From: the human T2T-CHM13v2.0 reference genome, Homo sapiens
Length of the DNA stretch: 64,000 nucleotides
NCBI RefSeq assembly: GCF_009914755.1
Contig: NC_060926.1
Reading direction: 5' to 3' (one strand)
In this document: positions 43,876 to 58,707 of the stretch, one piece after another
Layout of the letters: each line of letters opens with the position of its first letter
Position numbering within the stretch: position 1 is the first letter of the stretch
Position numbers and translations under genes: made by a program
Notes under the pieces: model-generated
The model's database searches: none
Told to the model about the DNA's origin: nothing
Seen by the model: the letters and a program-made list of their open reading frames with translations, nothing else

Positions 43876-46800
43876 TAGCTATGATTATTCAGAAATGCTT
43901 TATTGTTTTAATTATAAAAAAACTACAATTATTTTTTCATAACAACTTTTTTATACTAAGAAAATCAACATATGTAGCCCATTTCATAATTCACCATTAG
44001 ATACACATTTGCTGAGCAACTAACATGCCAGGAACTGCATCAGACATTAGATATTTAATATTTCTCAGATTTTATTTTGAGATGATTGAAGCTCTCTGCA
44101 TGACACTTTTTAGGGCTAACTACTTAAATCGCACAGTCAAAAACCATTTCTGAGACTACTTTAATTGTGAAAGACTCTCTTCCTCTTCTTCACTCAACCC
44201 CATTTTTTGCCTTTATCTATGCAAACTAACATTTGCAAGCCAAGCTTTTTCTTATAAGCTTTTGGAAAAAAAAATTATCTCTTGGATAGGGATCCAAAAT
44301 AAACAGTTCAAATAAGATAGGCTTTGGGAAAATGTTAATAAACTTGACTCTGGCAAATTATTTGAGTTTCCTTGTGTTTCTTTCACTTGGCAGGGATTTT
44401 AATTTGGAAGTTAAAAAAAAATGAAGAAAAATGTCCTAAGATTTCACACATGGATACTTTTATTATAAAATGATAATTTTCTTATAAAACCACAACTCAA
44501 GGTTGAAAATTGGGGGGGGGGGTTAATTTAAACTTAAATTATATAAAATAGATTGGACAAATAATGATATTGCCAGAAAACTTTGAATCATCCATATTTG
44601 ACTAGAATCTCAGCATCTCATCAGTCAACAGGTCCTTACCAAATGTCTGCCCTTTTGGACTGCTTGCTAGGTGCTAAAGAAACAGTGACCACCAAAACAG
44701 ACGCAACTCTTTCCCCGAGGAGCTTCCAGTCTTGCAGAAAACATAAAGTAATAATTATGAGCAAATTATTATAACTATCAGAACATAAATGAAGCACTTT
44801 TGGAATGCAGCCATTCAATATGATCCATATTTAGGTATTCTTCTTTAATATTGTAAAATATCTTTACCCAAAATTTTGGTGCCCATTGTCCCTAAATTCT
44901 AAACTTTTGAGAAGAAGAAATGAGAAGCATTATCCTTATTTCTAGTGAAGCAGAAGAAAAGTTAACTACAGCAATGTAGTGGTGGGAATAACAGTGAAGA
45001 AAGCTGACACACACCGTGATGGGTACATATAGGCACTGGAGATGTTGACTGGCTATCACTGCTGCTGTTGTTTCCTCTGGTTGCCTTGTCATACTTTCTT
45101 CTTAATAACAGCTAGGAAGGATTTTGCTAACTAGTGGGCTGCAATCATTAAGGACTTGGTGAAATTCCAAAATCCACAACCCCTAGGAATTTTCCTGGAT
45201 CCCCTACTTGGAGAAACATTGTAAGCAACTTACAGCACACTAAATCAGAAAGGTTGGCCTGTAAAACCATTTATGTAATTCCTCTGCTTTTGTTTTGGGG
45301 AATCTTCCAAAAGACGTGTCTAGAGAATCAGATATAATTTGAGCAGAGTATGCTAACGTGGCTTCAACAATGATTTTACTTTTCTCGTAATTTTGTACTC
45401 AACAATCATTTTTTCCAGTGATGTGTCATGCTGTCCCAGTTGACTGTCTGGCCATATTTTGCCCTGGTGTTTGCTATAGCAAAAAGTGCAGCTATAAAAT
45501 TATCTTCTTCAGCTTGATGTTAATTTCAATGAAATCTTCCAAGATGTATCTTTTTTCACCTCTAAATCTATGTGATAACAAAAGATCAAACAGTTCTCGA
45601 TCATATTTTGAATGGGAAATATTGGTATCATAAAATAATTCAAGAGCCTTATTTTAGCTACTTATTTCTTTCTAGTTAGTCATCATAACAAATAACCAGC
45701 GAATGTACTTTTTTTCTCCCCTTCCTCTCCATAAAAAGTATGTCACTTGCACAACTTCAAGTTAGGAAATGGGAAGGGTCAGGGAAATCTCACACAATCC
45801 TACCCAGTTTGATCACACATTACCTCCAACAGCTAGCCTTCAGCTGTTGATCTAACACCGCCAGCCACACCCTAACTAAAATTTTAGAAGTGACTGTTTT
45901 AGCTGGGCACCAGGATACAATCCATGGCGACACACCCCTGATGCTGAATCTAGGTCAATGTGGTTGTCCACTTTGCAGCTAACCTTGCCCTGAACAACCA
46001 AAAAATAGATTACAATTTCTACACATAAAGGGACCACTCTAGAATACTATTACCTGCCTTGTATGTCTCCTTAGCATGCTCAACTAAACAGATTGAAGTT
46101 CCCACAATTCTCATGGGAATTGAAGCTAATAAATCAAGCAATAAAATATAAAGCTTTAGACATTTGTCTTACATTACATGTGGGGTGTCTGTATTTGTGG
46201 GAAGGTAAGGAATTTTCAGTATTTTGATTTGTATTTTTTCTTTTTTTATTTGACATTTTGCACAGTTTTTTCCTTTTAAAAATTTCACTGTAAGGAAATT
46301 GAGTCAAGAAAAATGAAAACAATTTAAACAAAAAGTGTGATAATTCCTCTTTGAAGCATTTTAATTTCATGATGCTTATTTATATGTCATTTTTTTTCTT
46401 TTTACCCTAAAATAAAAATAAATTAAAATTATGATGCATTTCTAGTTCAATTATTTCAATTCATTTTGAAATTAACTTTTGGCTTTTCTGTCATTCTCTT
46501 TCATGATCCTTGGTAAATTACCTGTATTTCTTTCTATTTTATAAATTTTTCTAATGGTCTCTGACTTGTAATACTTGTGGTGAACACAGAGTTTGACTGC
46601 TTTCAATTTATTTCCTAACTAGTTCTATTGTTTATTTTTTCTATTTTATAAATAAATTCATAACATCTGGAAGTTTTTTAAATCGATTATAAATCCAAAG
46701 ACTTCCTATGCTGGAAAGAGTGACCTTCTTTTTTAAGAGTGATGGAAATACTGGAAATAATTAACTTATTGAAAATTACCATGAGTTCTAAAGGATACAA

Positions 46801-49298
46801 AGGAAATAGATTACTTCAAATGTGTTTTTCTGGATTAAGTGTTTCATATTTTAAATCATTCGCCATTTGATTCTTATTAATTTCCTACTATGCACAAGGC
46901 CATGTAATAGCTACGATGGAGTATAAAATGAAAGATAAACCTTAGTTTTTCCCTGGAGTAGCTTTCAGCCTAGTAAACGACATAAAAAGATGTAAATTAA
47001 AATAAACTAAGAGGCATAGGAAAGGTAAGGTAAATTAGAAGAAGAGCAAAATGATTTTAACAGGGAGGATCAGAAAGATTTTGTAGATTAGTTGATCTTT
47101 GGGTAGAATCTTCAAAATAGGATTTGAACATACAGAATGAGGAACAATCATTTTAGACAGAAAGACAGTATATGCAAAGGTATAGAAACCCAGAAATGTA
47201 GAGTAGGTATTGGAAAAAAAAAAAAAAAGAGAGCCATTTGATTTACTAAGAAGATAGTTCTTGGATCAAGATGAATTGCATATCAAGAATTATCTAAAAT
47301 AGTGTTTTGTATCCTGCTGGGTTTGGGTTGAGAAATAGAGAGAGTGGCTGGACATGAAATAATAGAAATCAAATTATATTAATCTATTTAGTATTATTAT
47401 CCAAAGGTTAGCACTTTGAATAATCAATATGGCATAATTTTTATGTGAAGACTTTCTACTTGGACTAGTTTATTTTCATGAGTCATATGTTTCACCTTAA
47501 TCACTTTATGAAATATATCTGATATCTATAAAATAAAGAGGTGAAGAGCAGAAACTGATCCATGGTCTGGGTCCTATATTGATTTTTTTAAGAAATGCTT
47601 ATATTATTAAACACGTAATATTTTAAATACTATTTAATGCCATCCTAATTCAGTCAGTCTTCGTTACATTGATCAGTATTCATTATGTACAAGGGACTGT
47701 GTTTACTACTGTTCATGATTTTTAAAAGTGGGTGAGGGTAGGAAACAAAAAAGGTTACAAAGAGGAGTAAAATAAGTACATAAAGAAATACAAAACAATG
47801 CTTCTAAAACGGACATTGCCACAAGAAAGCCAAGACTCCAGAGGGCAACACTTGAATCCTTGGGAACGAAAGGAGACTATTTGCTGTGGCCTCCTTCCTC
47901 CAAGAACATATACCAAGAACATACCTAAATGTAGAGTTCTTTAAACATGATTTAATGTACAGACAAAAATGAAGGCTTTAGACAATTTAGTAGACAATTT
48001 AATAGTCATGGCAAGTTAAACACAGAAAGGTCTGTTTATGTCTGTTTATTTTAGGCAAGGGAGCCTGATGAGGAGGCTTTCAATTTCTGTGTACTTAAGA
48101 ATTATTTGGAATCAAAGATCCTAAATCTGAGCCCCCACTGTGTATCTGAATAGAAAAGATATTGATAGGAATTAAAAATCAGTCTCCATTTGAAGCATGT
48201 AGATTCCCTGTTTGGCTTTGACCTATTTCATGTATCTATCAGAAGATCGTGATTTGGGCCTTCCTTTTATCTTTACACAGAATTGGCTACATCTGAAGAG
48301 CTGTTACAGCTGTGTTGGATATTGCTGAAAATTCCTAAGGATGACTCAGATGACAAATTATATTTGATAGAGAGTCTAGTGGGATTTGCAGAGTGGAGCT
48401 TCAACCCTGAGAATGATTAAGTTAACTGAAGACTCAACAGGGAACGCCTGAGCTGCTTCACGATGTGGCATCCCAGTTTCTGTGTCACCCCTGTGGTAAA
48501 TTTATAAAGTAATCACACTATTCAGGAATGAGATTAGGTAAGGAGATGAATTTCAATTTCCTATGAATTTTCAAATATAATTACAATAATAATTATGATA
48601 GTAAATAAAGCTGTAATTAAAATATAAGTATATCAGAACTTCGTTCAAGAGAACATGCTTACAATACTTCAGAAAGTTTCACAATTCAAGTAGAGGCTTA
48701 CCAGTAGTTTCCCTTTCAATGATTAATAGTCTGTTATGTTAAATAAGATTTCAGGTGACATGTTTATGTCTACATAAGCAAAAACTCATAGCTACTTATC
48801 TACTTATGTGAAGCAACATTGATATAACAAATACAAGTTATCTTACATGTATATTAAGGAAGTTTCCTAGAAATTTTTACTTGCTTGAATTTTTGTCAGC
48901 TTTTAAAAGTATATACATACGTATTTAATTATACATATATATGTGGGGGGTATATAAACATATACACACGCAAACACACAAAAACACATATGTGAACTCT
49001 TTTGCATGCCCTAAGATTGTACTTCATTAAGTGTAAAGTAGTGGACTTTTACTTAAATACAATACTGAAAATTACTCAAAGATTAATGACAAGACAAAAA
49101 TCAGAATGGTAATTTTTGTAAATTGGCCATTAACTCCATAACATTATCATTTTTTTCATCCTTTCACAATGCCTCATTAGAAAACATACAAAATTAAGTG
49201 TCAGATTTGTATTTACCACACTTCTAAATTGCGTAAAAATATCTTTACCACAATCAGTGATTAGTGGAAAGCATGGTGAAAATATTTGTAAAGTGTGC

Positions 49299-49772
49299 TA
49301 GTCAGTTCCAGTTGCAATGAATTATTTTGAGGGTCATGGAACCTCTTTGAACTTTCTGTTCAATCTTGGGATACTTCCCAGCTGCAAAACACAAAGACAA
49401 AAATTCAGAGCCTTAGCTTTAATAGCAAAGAATAGGTAGGAATCAAGATACTCAGTTTTTTCTAACTAAATTTTACTGGAACTTTACTTTACTAAATGTC
49501 AAGAAAATATGGATTTTGTACAAAAGTGAAAATTTTTAGTTATTTACAATTCCAATGAGTAATTTTGAGAGTCATGTAACCTCTTTAAACTTTCTGTTCA
49601 TTCTTGGGATACTTTTCAGTTGCAAAATACAAAGATAAAAATTTAGAGCCTTAAGTTTAATAACAAAGAATAGATAGGAATTGAGATACTTCGTGTTTCC
49701 TAACTAAATTTTACTAAAACTTTATTTTACTAAATGTCAAGAAAATATAAATCTTGTACAAAAGTGAAATTT
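49299..49772. repeat. Diverged 238-bp tandem duplication (2 copies)
   Basis: CAATGA at 49315 and 49553; the copies align end to end with scattered substitutions. Confidence 0.92.
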
Positions 49773-51595
49773 CCAGGCTAAAAAGAAATGGTTATTAAAA
49801 TGGTTCTATAAGAAAAAAACAAGGGGTCAATGAACTCTACCTTGGGGACTAAGGGGAAATTAAAGAAAAGGGTCTTGAAGACTTGGTCATATAATCACTC
49901 AAAAACTGGACTATCATGTCCCACTGCCAGTGTAATTTGCCTCAATCCTGGAAATATCTATGGTTAAATATGTTTAAGTCCTGCAAGTACAACATGACTT
50001 TTTCAACCATATTTTTGGCTCTACTATGCACATACTAGTATTTGTTCAAATTCTTTTAAAGGAAACACAACTCTTCAAATGTGGTTTTACCTTTATCAAC
50101 TGAGTGAACTGATCAACCTCTCTGGGAATAATAAAGAAGACCTGCATTGTATTTTACAGTTGTATTGGTAGTTCTATTATCACAAGTAGTTTTTAAATGG
50201 CTTTACAGTGATTTGAAATCTAGAAAATGTCCCTAAAAATAAAGCATCTTGCTGGCTTCAAAAAGAAAATCACACATAAAGCCGCACAACAAAGGGGAGG
50301 GGAGAGGAAAGAGAGAAACATTGAAACATTTCTGTTCCATGTGTTTTCCATGGTGGAGATAATTGATTTTCTTAGTGCTGTTGTAGAAAGCGCTGCTGGC
50401 ATTCACTGGCCTACTGAGTTCATCACAGCTGTGCTTGTGCATCTCTCTCAAGCTCCACTTTCCACTGAATTGGAAAAGATTTGAATTTTTGGTTGATAAT
50501 CTGCCACACCCTTGCTTTGCCTCATCTTTCCAGGCACTCTCTTTGTTAAAGGAGATCCAGATTAATCAGTGCTTTAGTTGGTGCAGGTATTTAGATTTGT
50601 GTTAAAGCTCCAAATGCAATCCAAAAAGCAAAATGACATGTTTATGTGTCCTGGTTAACATCAGTGAAGTCAGGGAAGTATGGGAAGAAATGTGTGGCTA
50701 GATAACAATGAGGACAGCAGTTCCTGGATGGCATAATAGGATTCAGAAGTGTATGCATTTCACCTAGTTCAGACCCTGTATTAAGAAATGCTTTGACCCC
50801 GTATTAGGAAATGCTTTGACAGGAGGTAGAAAAATAGGATCTGGGACACAGAAAGCAAAGGATCCTAGTGCAAAACCTCCATATTCGAGGTAGTGAAGAA
50901 TCGTAAATCAGAATATCTGGAGAATGAATTCTCTAGGTCTCTCCTGAAGACCTTAAAATACAACAATCCTTCCATATGCAAAACATCAGCTAATGTTTCT
51001 TAAGTGAGTGCATCAATCATGAATTTTTCTCATGAGTATAAGGCTTTTATTTGAATAGCTAAGCAAATTAAGAATTTTAGAACAATAGTAATTTTATTTA
51101 TAATGCCTAAAATAAAGCATAACAAGCATTATTTTAAAAATAACATTTCTAATTTTTCACAGTGGAAAATAAATCTAATGAAGAAATTCAATAAATTTCA
51201 GCTTTTATAGACCACCTAAAACAATGAGAGAAATCTAATATAGATATATGAATTCTACGTAGATACAAAGACATCATGAGAAAAACTATGTTTCTGAATT
51301 GGTTTGAACACAGGAAATATTTTTTGTGTACAGGACAAAGATGTCTGAAAGACAGAAAGATGCATATAACAGCCTTTCCCCAGCATCCCTACTGTGATCC
51401 AGTAGAAAAGCTTATATTCATGACCATTCTCAACAGTTACTTTTCTCCCACGCCCCCAAGCAGTGACTCTCCAATCTAAAATAAAGATACACAAGAGGTT
51501 GGTCTCGTTCTAGTTTTCCTTTCCTGTCATCAAATGATGTCATCTACATTGAGTTGTCTTGGTTTGTGTCCTTGTGACTGAAGATATAAGAAAGC

Positions 51596-51972
<377 letters not shown>

Positions 51973-53179
51973 TTAGAAGAAAGAGAAAGATGAAAATTAG
52001 TTTAAAGGAGGTAATTTACTTAAGGAGGAAAGTTTTGCATTGAGGCATAAGGAAGTGACTTCCATTAATTGGTGTGAAATGGGGAGAATTTTATGTGCAC
52101 AGGCATAGAGACGGACATGTTTAGGTGAAGGTGAAGAAAATTAGTTCAAGTGACCTTGATTAGAATTGAAATGTCCACCGTAGATTATAGAGATAGATGA
52201 ACTAACTATGAACTGATGATTAGGGTGTAAAGAAATATCTCCATTGCCAGATATAGCCTTATACTGTGGACAAGCATATTTTTCCTGCAGAGATTTATCA
52301 AAGACCTATAAATGGTATTTGCCCCTCTTTCAAATATGACACAAAAATTACTGCTTAGATAGATCCAGAAATACATTGGAAAGTTTTGTGGATGAGGATC
52401 TGGAAAGTATACACATAAAAGTCTAAATTAGAAATATTTATACTAATCTTTAGAGTAATGCAGAAAAAATGACCACTTTCTCTGGTACTCTTTTGCTATT
52501 CTATGTGATAAACTCTTTCTCTTCCAGTTTCCTAAAAAGTTATGTCATGAAAAGGCTGAATTTTTCTCTAGAAAAATCTGCTCTGTCTTTCCCAGGCAGC
52601 ATAAAAATTGGAAATCTCACAAGAAAGCACTCTGGCTTGCTAAAGAAATTTGTGAGAAATGGAAACAGCTATAGATAAGTATCTAACTTTTAGGAAGCCA
52701 TTCAAACATTGCTGAAATACTTTGTCTTTTGATATTTGCCTGAAACTTAACTTCTAGGACCCAGGGTGGGTGGATGAGTCGAAGGGGCATACGGTGGCAT
52801 TTCTTTCCGTGAGTCTCTTACAGTCTCCTATTTAAATTGAGTTAGGATTACTTCTGGCAAAATCCCAACATAAAAATCTTCTAGGAAGATCAGTTCTGTA
52901 AATTAGACATACTAGATAAATGGGCATCAAGCAGTTTTTCAAAATTATGCAGTTGTTAACTTCATAAGGGGAAATAAAAATGTATGCATTTACATTGTAT
53001 GTATTAAAACAAGGCAGAGCATTTCTATACGTTCCTAAGTTATACAAACATATATGTAAGAGTGAAATATGTAAAAAAACTTTTACATAAGCAGATGCAT
53101 ACAAACTCCAGATGTGCTCTTTTTCTTACTGTGGGTTGTGTCTTCTATAAGGGAAAAAGAAATATTTATCATTTCTTTT

Positions 53180-53282
53180 ACTGCTGAGGGGATGGGTGCG
53201 GCTCTCATATTTCAGAAAGGGGCTGGAAAGTGAGGGAAGCCAAACTTTTTCCTATTTAAGGCCAAAGCAAAGGAATCTCAGT
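53180..53282 (+). promoter_or_regulatory. COL3A1: COL3A1 proximal promoter with TATA-like TATTTAA (53253-53259) and the GCTCTCATATTTCAGAA element (53201-53217)
   Basis: TATTTAA lies 30 nt before the recognised mRNA 5' end GGCTGAGTTTTATGACGGG; the 17-mer is recalled as a protein-binding element of this promoter. Confidence 0.85.
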
Positions 53283-53483
<201 letters not shown>

Positions 53484-54689
53484 TAGGTACTGATTTCAAG
53501 AAACTTTATGGGATTTTTGTCTTTCTTCTCCTCACAAAGAGGGGTGTAAAGGGGAAAATCAGTTGCCTGATTCAAGATAATTTCCTCTATAAGCTCCAGA
53601 TTGTGAAACGTTGAACTGACCATGGCTGTGCTTTTTACATTACTTGAAAAATAATCGCGTTATGTGTGTTTTTAAGAGTTCTGTGGTTAAGATAAGATGT
53701 TCTTGTACTAACTTGTTTTCATGTTAAAGGCACTGGAAACTTTTAAAAATGGCTTTAAAATTTTTCCCTCCTGGATTGTTAACATCTTGGAATACTTCCC
53801 CAGGCAGTCTGGAAGTTATTGGTCTCTTGCAATAATTTTATGTTCCTCTTTGTCTGCTGGATTCTTTGTAAGGTTAGAATATTGAGCATTGTTTTCTGAA
53901 TAAGAATGCCTTTCAAATATCATGGATTAAGAACAGTCTAAAGGAAGATTCTACGCATTATCAGAATCATTGAATATATTTCTGTAAAATGGCTACAAGA
54001 TACCTATAAACATTCTTCAAAGGGATCAAACTGCTAAAATATTTTATTATTCCTGTTTTTATTTTGTTTCAAGAATGATTGATTAATTCATCTTTTCTAG
54101 TAGCTTGATATTAAGGGACTAATATTTTCCACATATTCTACGTTTTAACCACATTCGCATTAATGAAGAAAATATTTTTTAAAATGTTTCAACAGGAGGT
54201 TTGACTTTGCTGCAAACAAGGTAAAGATACTAGTACTGTTTGACTTCAGAAAGCTGTTTTGCTATATTTTCTAATAATTGCATGTAATGTTTTTCATATT
54301 CTAATTTCCCCTAAAAACACATTTGTCTCATTATTTATGTGAAAATATTCTTTTATTTACCATAGTCATGAAAATGCTGAACAAATTGGAATACAAACTT
54401 CCATAGAAATAAATATTTAAGTGCTAAATGTAAAGATAGCTAGGAGAAATTATTAGACAATTTTTATTGCACATAACTAAACATGGTTACATTTAAACAT
54501 ATAGATTTTGCAAAGGACACTGCATGAAAATTTGGTTTTTGTTTGTAATATCAAATGTATTTGTTGTCCTCATAGCTAATACATGTAAATGTGTGTATGA
54601 GGGGAGGGGTAGATATACAATGAAATGTCTTCAGTTATATTCAGCCCATGGACACAAAAGAAAAGAAACACCCATTTTCCTTGTTCCCT

Positions 54690-55005
54690 TAATTTCCTCT
54701 CCTCCTTACCCCTCCTCTCCTTCGCTTTGCCCTCCTCCTTATCTCTCTCCACCCCTTTTGGCTCCTTTAGACTTCTCTTCACTCATCACCCCACCCCTTC
54801 CTAGGCAAGCCCATATCTACTCCTCTCTCCTCCTCTGTCTTCCCTGCCTGTTACTCCCTCCCTACTCCCCATGTGGCCTCCTTATGCCTCCATTTCTTTT
54901 TTTTAGTTCTCTCTCTCCTTGCCTCCTCACCCTTTCTTTCCCCTGAACTCTCAATCCTTCTTCCTTTCTCATTCCTCTCCCCTTTTCCTCCCTATCCTGC
55001 TCTTC
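54690..55005. repeat. CT-rich polypyrimidine low-complexity tract in intron 1
   Basis: About 315 bp strongly depleted of purines on the + strand. Confidence 0.85.
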
Positions 55006-57001
55006 CCAGGAGATGCTACAACTCACAGTCCTTTTTTAGGATACCAAATGACTACTATCCCCCACCAACCATTTATTGAAAAGACTACAAACTTAGGGGT
55101 TTTAGCTCAAAAAATTGCAACATATTTGTAGTTGCCTCGTGGTTGCAAGCTTTTTATAAGCACTGTGGCTATTTTTCTTCCCAATCCAACTTTAGTGGGG
55201 GGGTGTTTGCCACTTACAGTACCTTGACATCACATTAAGTTCTGTTTATTTCCCTCTTTCTCTTTAGATGCAAAAAATAATCAATAAGTATAAAATTTTG
55301 CTGATATGTGTTTGTGTGTTCTTAAGCTCAAAAAGAGTTGAAAGAGAACTGTTCAGCCTATTTTTTTTGTCATGAGTAAAAGTAAAGTTGAAGTGACTTA
55401 AGACAGTACATCTTATGTTCCCTGTGGGTTTTACAAGGAAATTCTGCTATTAGATAAGCTTTGGAAAAGTTACAGGAGGTATCTGAATATACAGCACACT
55501 GAGAGCTGTCATAAAGTTCTGGGGTGGGGTTTCTTATATATGCCCTCATAACTTCAGAGACGGCACAGCTCTAATGAACACTCACTTCTAGTTCACTCAC
55601 AGGCATTTTCTGGATACAAACAAGTCCTCAAAAAGAATTTTGGTCGTCTTACAAATTTGTGAACATTGTATTTAATTCATGTGTTTTAATCCACCAATGG
55701 AGAAACATAGTCTGTTTTATATTTCCTGTAGATTATAAACATGCCAAGTTTTAAGTACAAAGATGCGTCACCTAGTGGCTGACAAGCCAGGTTACCATTT
55801 ACATAACGAATGCCAATATTAATGTTATGTAGCTGGCTTTGGTAGTTTATAATGAGCTTTAAAAAATTCATATGCGTGAATTTTAAATGTTAACACTGCT
55901 CTCCTAAGGAAATTAGTATGTTACGGATAAATATTGCAAACACATATACTGACACGAAAACACAATGGTAACAATATTCAGAGTCTTTTTGGAAATTAGC
56001 TTAAATGTTACGGCCACTTAAAAATTCTACATATGACTATTGTTTAAATACATTTTTCATGTCTCTGATGTAGTCCTTATTTGACATAAGTATTTTATTC
56101 ACTGCTTAATTGTTAGATAGATTATAGACAGCTGTTACTAAGTAATACTGCTCCATTAGGGCAGAAACAGAAACTTTATTTTAATTAAATGTGTACTAAT
56201 GTTTGAGTTTCTATATTTTGCTACAGTGATAATTCCAGTAAAATAAACTGTAGGCCTCTAGTTGTTTTAGAATTTTAAAACTGTAAATGGACTCAGAGAA
56301 TCAGTTTCTTATTAGACGTCATGAGAGTATATTTTTTTCATTATGCTTTAAGAGGGAATTTGTAACTTGCTCAGGTAACATTCAAGTTTTCTGGTTTGTG
56401 TTTGTCCCTACAATTAAACACACTGAACTAACAGGAAAAGGTTACATACATTTAGGAACAATTGCACTTTTAAAGGGAGAGAATGCATAGTTGCTCACAT
56501 ATCTCAGTGTCAGTCACCTAACATGGATCAGTGCTTTATTTGAGATTACAAAACTAGAAAATGACGGAGTCAAGGCTAGGACCAATATTCTGTTCAGTCT
56601 TAGATAATTATAGAATACACATTAAAATCAGATATTTGAATTTTCTTAATTTTGTAACTATTTGTCATTGAAAGGAGATACTAAAAAAATTATATATCGT
56701 CCTAGAAAGTACATGAACTAATAATGCATTTCTAAAGGTGAAAAAAGAATAGGTATTTTTCTGTTTAATATTCAATTTTATAGAGAGTAGTACGTTAATT
56801 TTTTTAAACCCCAGAAGCTCAGGATCTTATCATTTTAAAAGAAATTATCACCAGTTCTGTGTGAGTAAATAAAGTATTATAACACTTTGTGTTTTTCATC
56901 CATGATACCTTGTATTTACTTACCTGAGCTTTTTTTCTAGGGAAAGAAAAATGCTCAGGTAATAACAGAGCCTTGAAAAATTTGGATTTTCAAAACTACC
57001 T

Positions 57002-57071
57002 ATTTATGTATAGGCCTTTAGATCATCTGATGTTGAATACTCTTTAAGTGATCTAAAGGCCTACATATAAA
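57002..57071 (+). ncRNA. MIR1245A: pre-miR-1245a hairpin (mature AAGTGATCTAAAGGCCTACAT at 57046-57066)
   Basis: Inverted repeat TAGGCCTTTAGATCA / TGATCTAAAGGCCTA; recognised miRNA sequence in COL3A1 intron 1. Confidence 0.9.
57003..57071 (-). ncRNA. MIR1245B: pre-miR-1245b (antisense reading of the same hairpin)
   Basis: Reverse complement gives TAGGCCTTTAGATCACTTAAA (5p) and TCAGATGATCTAAAGGCCTATA (3p). Confidence 0.8.
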
Positions 57072-58707
57072 AAGGTATTTTTATTAAATTCTGGAATTAA
57101 ACATTTCAGCATTACAAGAAAAGAAAGCAAATCCACTGGAACAATTCTGGGAAAGAAGGAAAGACTGTGATTAAATGCCTCTTAACTACTTCAGATTCCT
57201 GGATTGATGTCTTATCTACAGGCTTCTTTTTAAAAATCAAGAATGATTGGCTGTGAGTTTACCAGGATTATAGTTGAGGCTAAAGGACAGCTCCTCAGGA
57301 AAGCCCCTGTTCTACATCTACGGTCACATGCTGGACCTTGAGTTGTCACTCAGAGAAAAGAGTGCCATCTACCGAAACTCCACAGTTTCCATTGTGAATG
57401 GCTTCTTTGGTGCAGAGTTCCAAAAATTATGTAGCCCAGCTCTTTAATTTTGTAACATCTAATGATATCACCGCCTTGAAGTGATTAAAGTAGATTGCTT
57501 AAAGAATTAAAGCTTTAAAGATGAAAGATGTTATTGCTTTTGCTGGACATGAGGAACAGTTGTAAAGTTTCCAGGTCTACAATAACTTTCTGGAACCCTC
57601 TCAGTGAACTGTTTCTTGTAAAAGTTTTCCCTAAGATAAAAGCTCAATCCCATTGTTTCCACACTCAAAAAAAAAAAAAAAAAAAGATCATATAGTGTAA
57701 AAAAAAACTCTCCAGACTTTTCAAAGGGGAAACTTTGCCTGTTTCATGTCAAGATGACAACGGAAAAAATGAGATAGCTATTCTTACATAAATCATTTGT
57801 GAACTGCAGTTGGGGGAGTTACATTAACCACCAGAGTTTCAGTCTGTGTCTAATGAAAACACAGCAGAAGTGGATTCCTTTCAGATTAACTAATAAAACC
57901 CTTGTTTTTTTCCATGACTGAGGTCAAGCACTGCTGTTTAAAATGTAGTCTTAATGAACAAAATGAAACGTTGAAAGAGGACGAGTCAAAATGCCCAAAA
58001 GATGTAAACATCAAAGAGAAAAGATCCAGAAATTATTAAAAGTTAAACTTCCCTTGAATTCTAGTATTAAGAAAGTACTGCTTCAGTAAAATGGCATATA
58101 TTTTTCTGAAACTGTTTTTCTATAGTATTTTGTGTGGAGGATGACAGAGACTGCATTTCTCAAGTAAATTAAAATCACAGAAATACTCTTTGGAGTTGCA
58201 TAGCATGTTCACAACGTTCCAGTTTCATTCAGTGAAAACTTCTGATGAACTTAGATGTATATTAACATGAATCATTTAGTAACTATATTTTCTGAAAAAC
58301 AGTGTGTTAATGAGACATCTTAAACATATTTTTGCATTGGATGCAGAAGTCTTTTCTGTCTGGTACTATTGTTGTTAGAACCCTACTTTTTTGTATATAG
58401 CAAAATGTATGCAGGGTTTCTGAGTCACACATTTATTCTGTTGGTGGTCTGGATGTCATCAGGGTAGCTTTAGAGATATAACCCTTCTTCATAAGGTCAA
58501 GAGAAAATAAACAGGAGAATTTAACTCCAGATGGCATCTTCCTGTTTTGAGGCCAGATAGAAAAATATTTTGCAAAGAACTGTTGTCCTTCAAAATATAC
58601 CTATCTAGATTCAGATTTTAACCTTGCAGGGATAAAAAATCATATGGGACAGAGCTTTGGAGTTGGCTTCTTTAATCGTACTCAGTTTTGAAATAGCAGA
58701 AAGAAAA

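Noticed and set aside
50220-50484. ORFs on both strands upstream of the promoter
   Set aside because: No recognisable homology or splice context; a noncoding regulatory block is more likely
54524-55131. 140-aa Pro/Leu/Ser-rich ORF and neighbours
   Set aside because: Product of the CT-rich low-complexity tract
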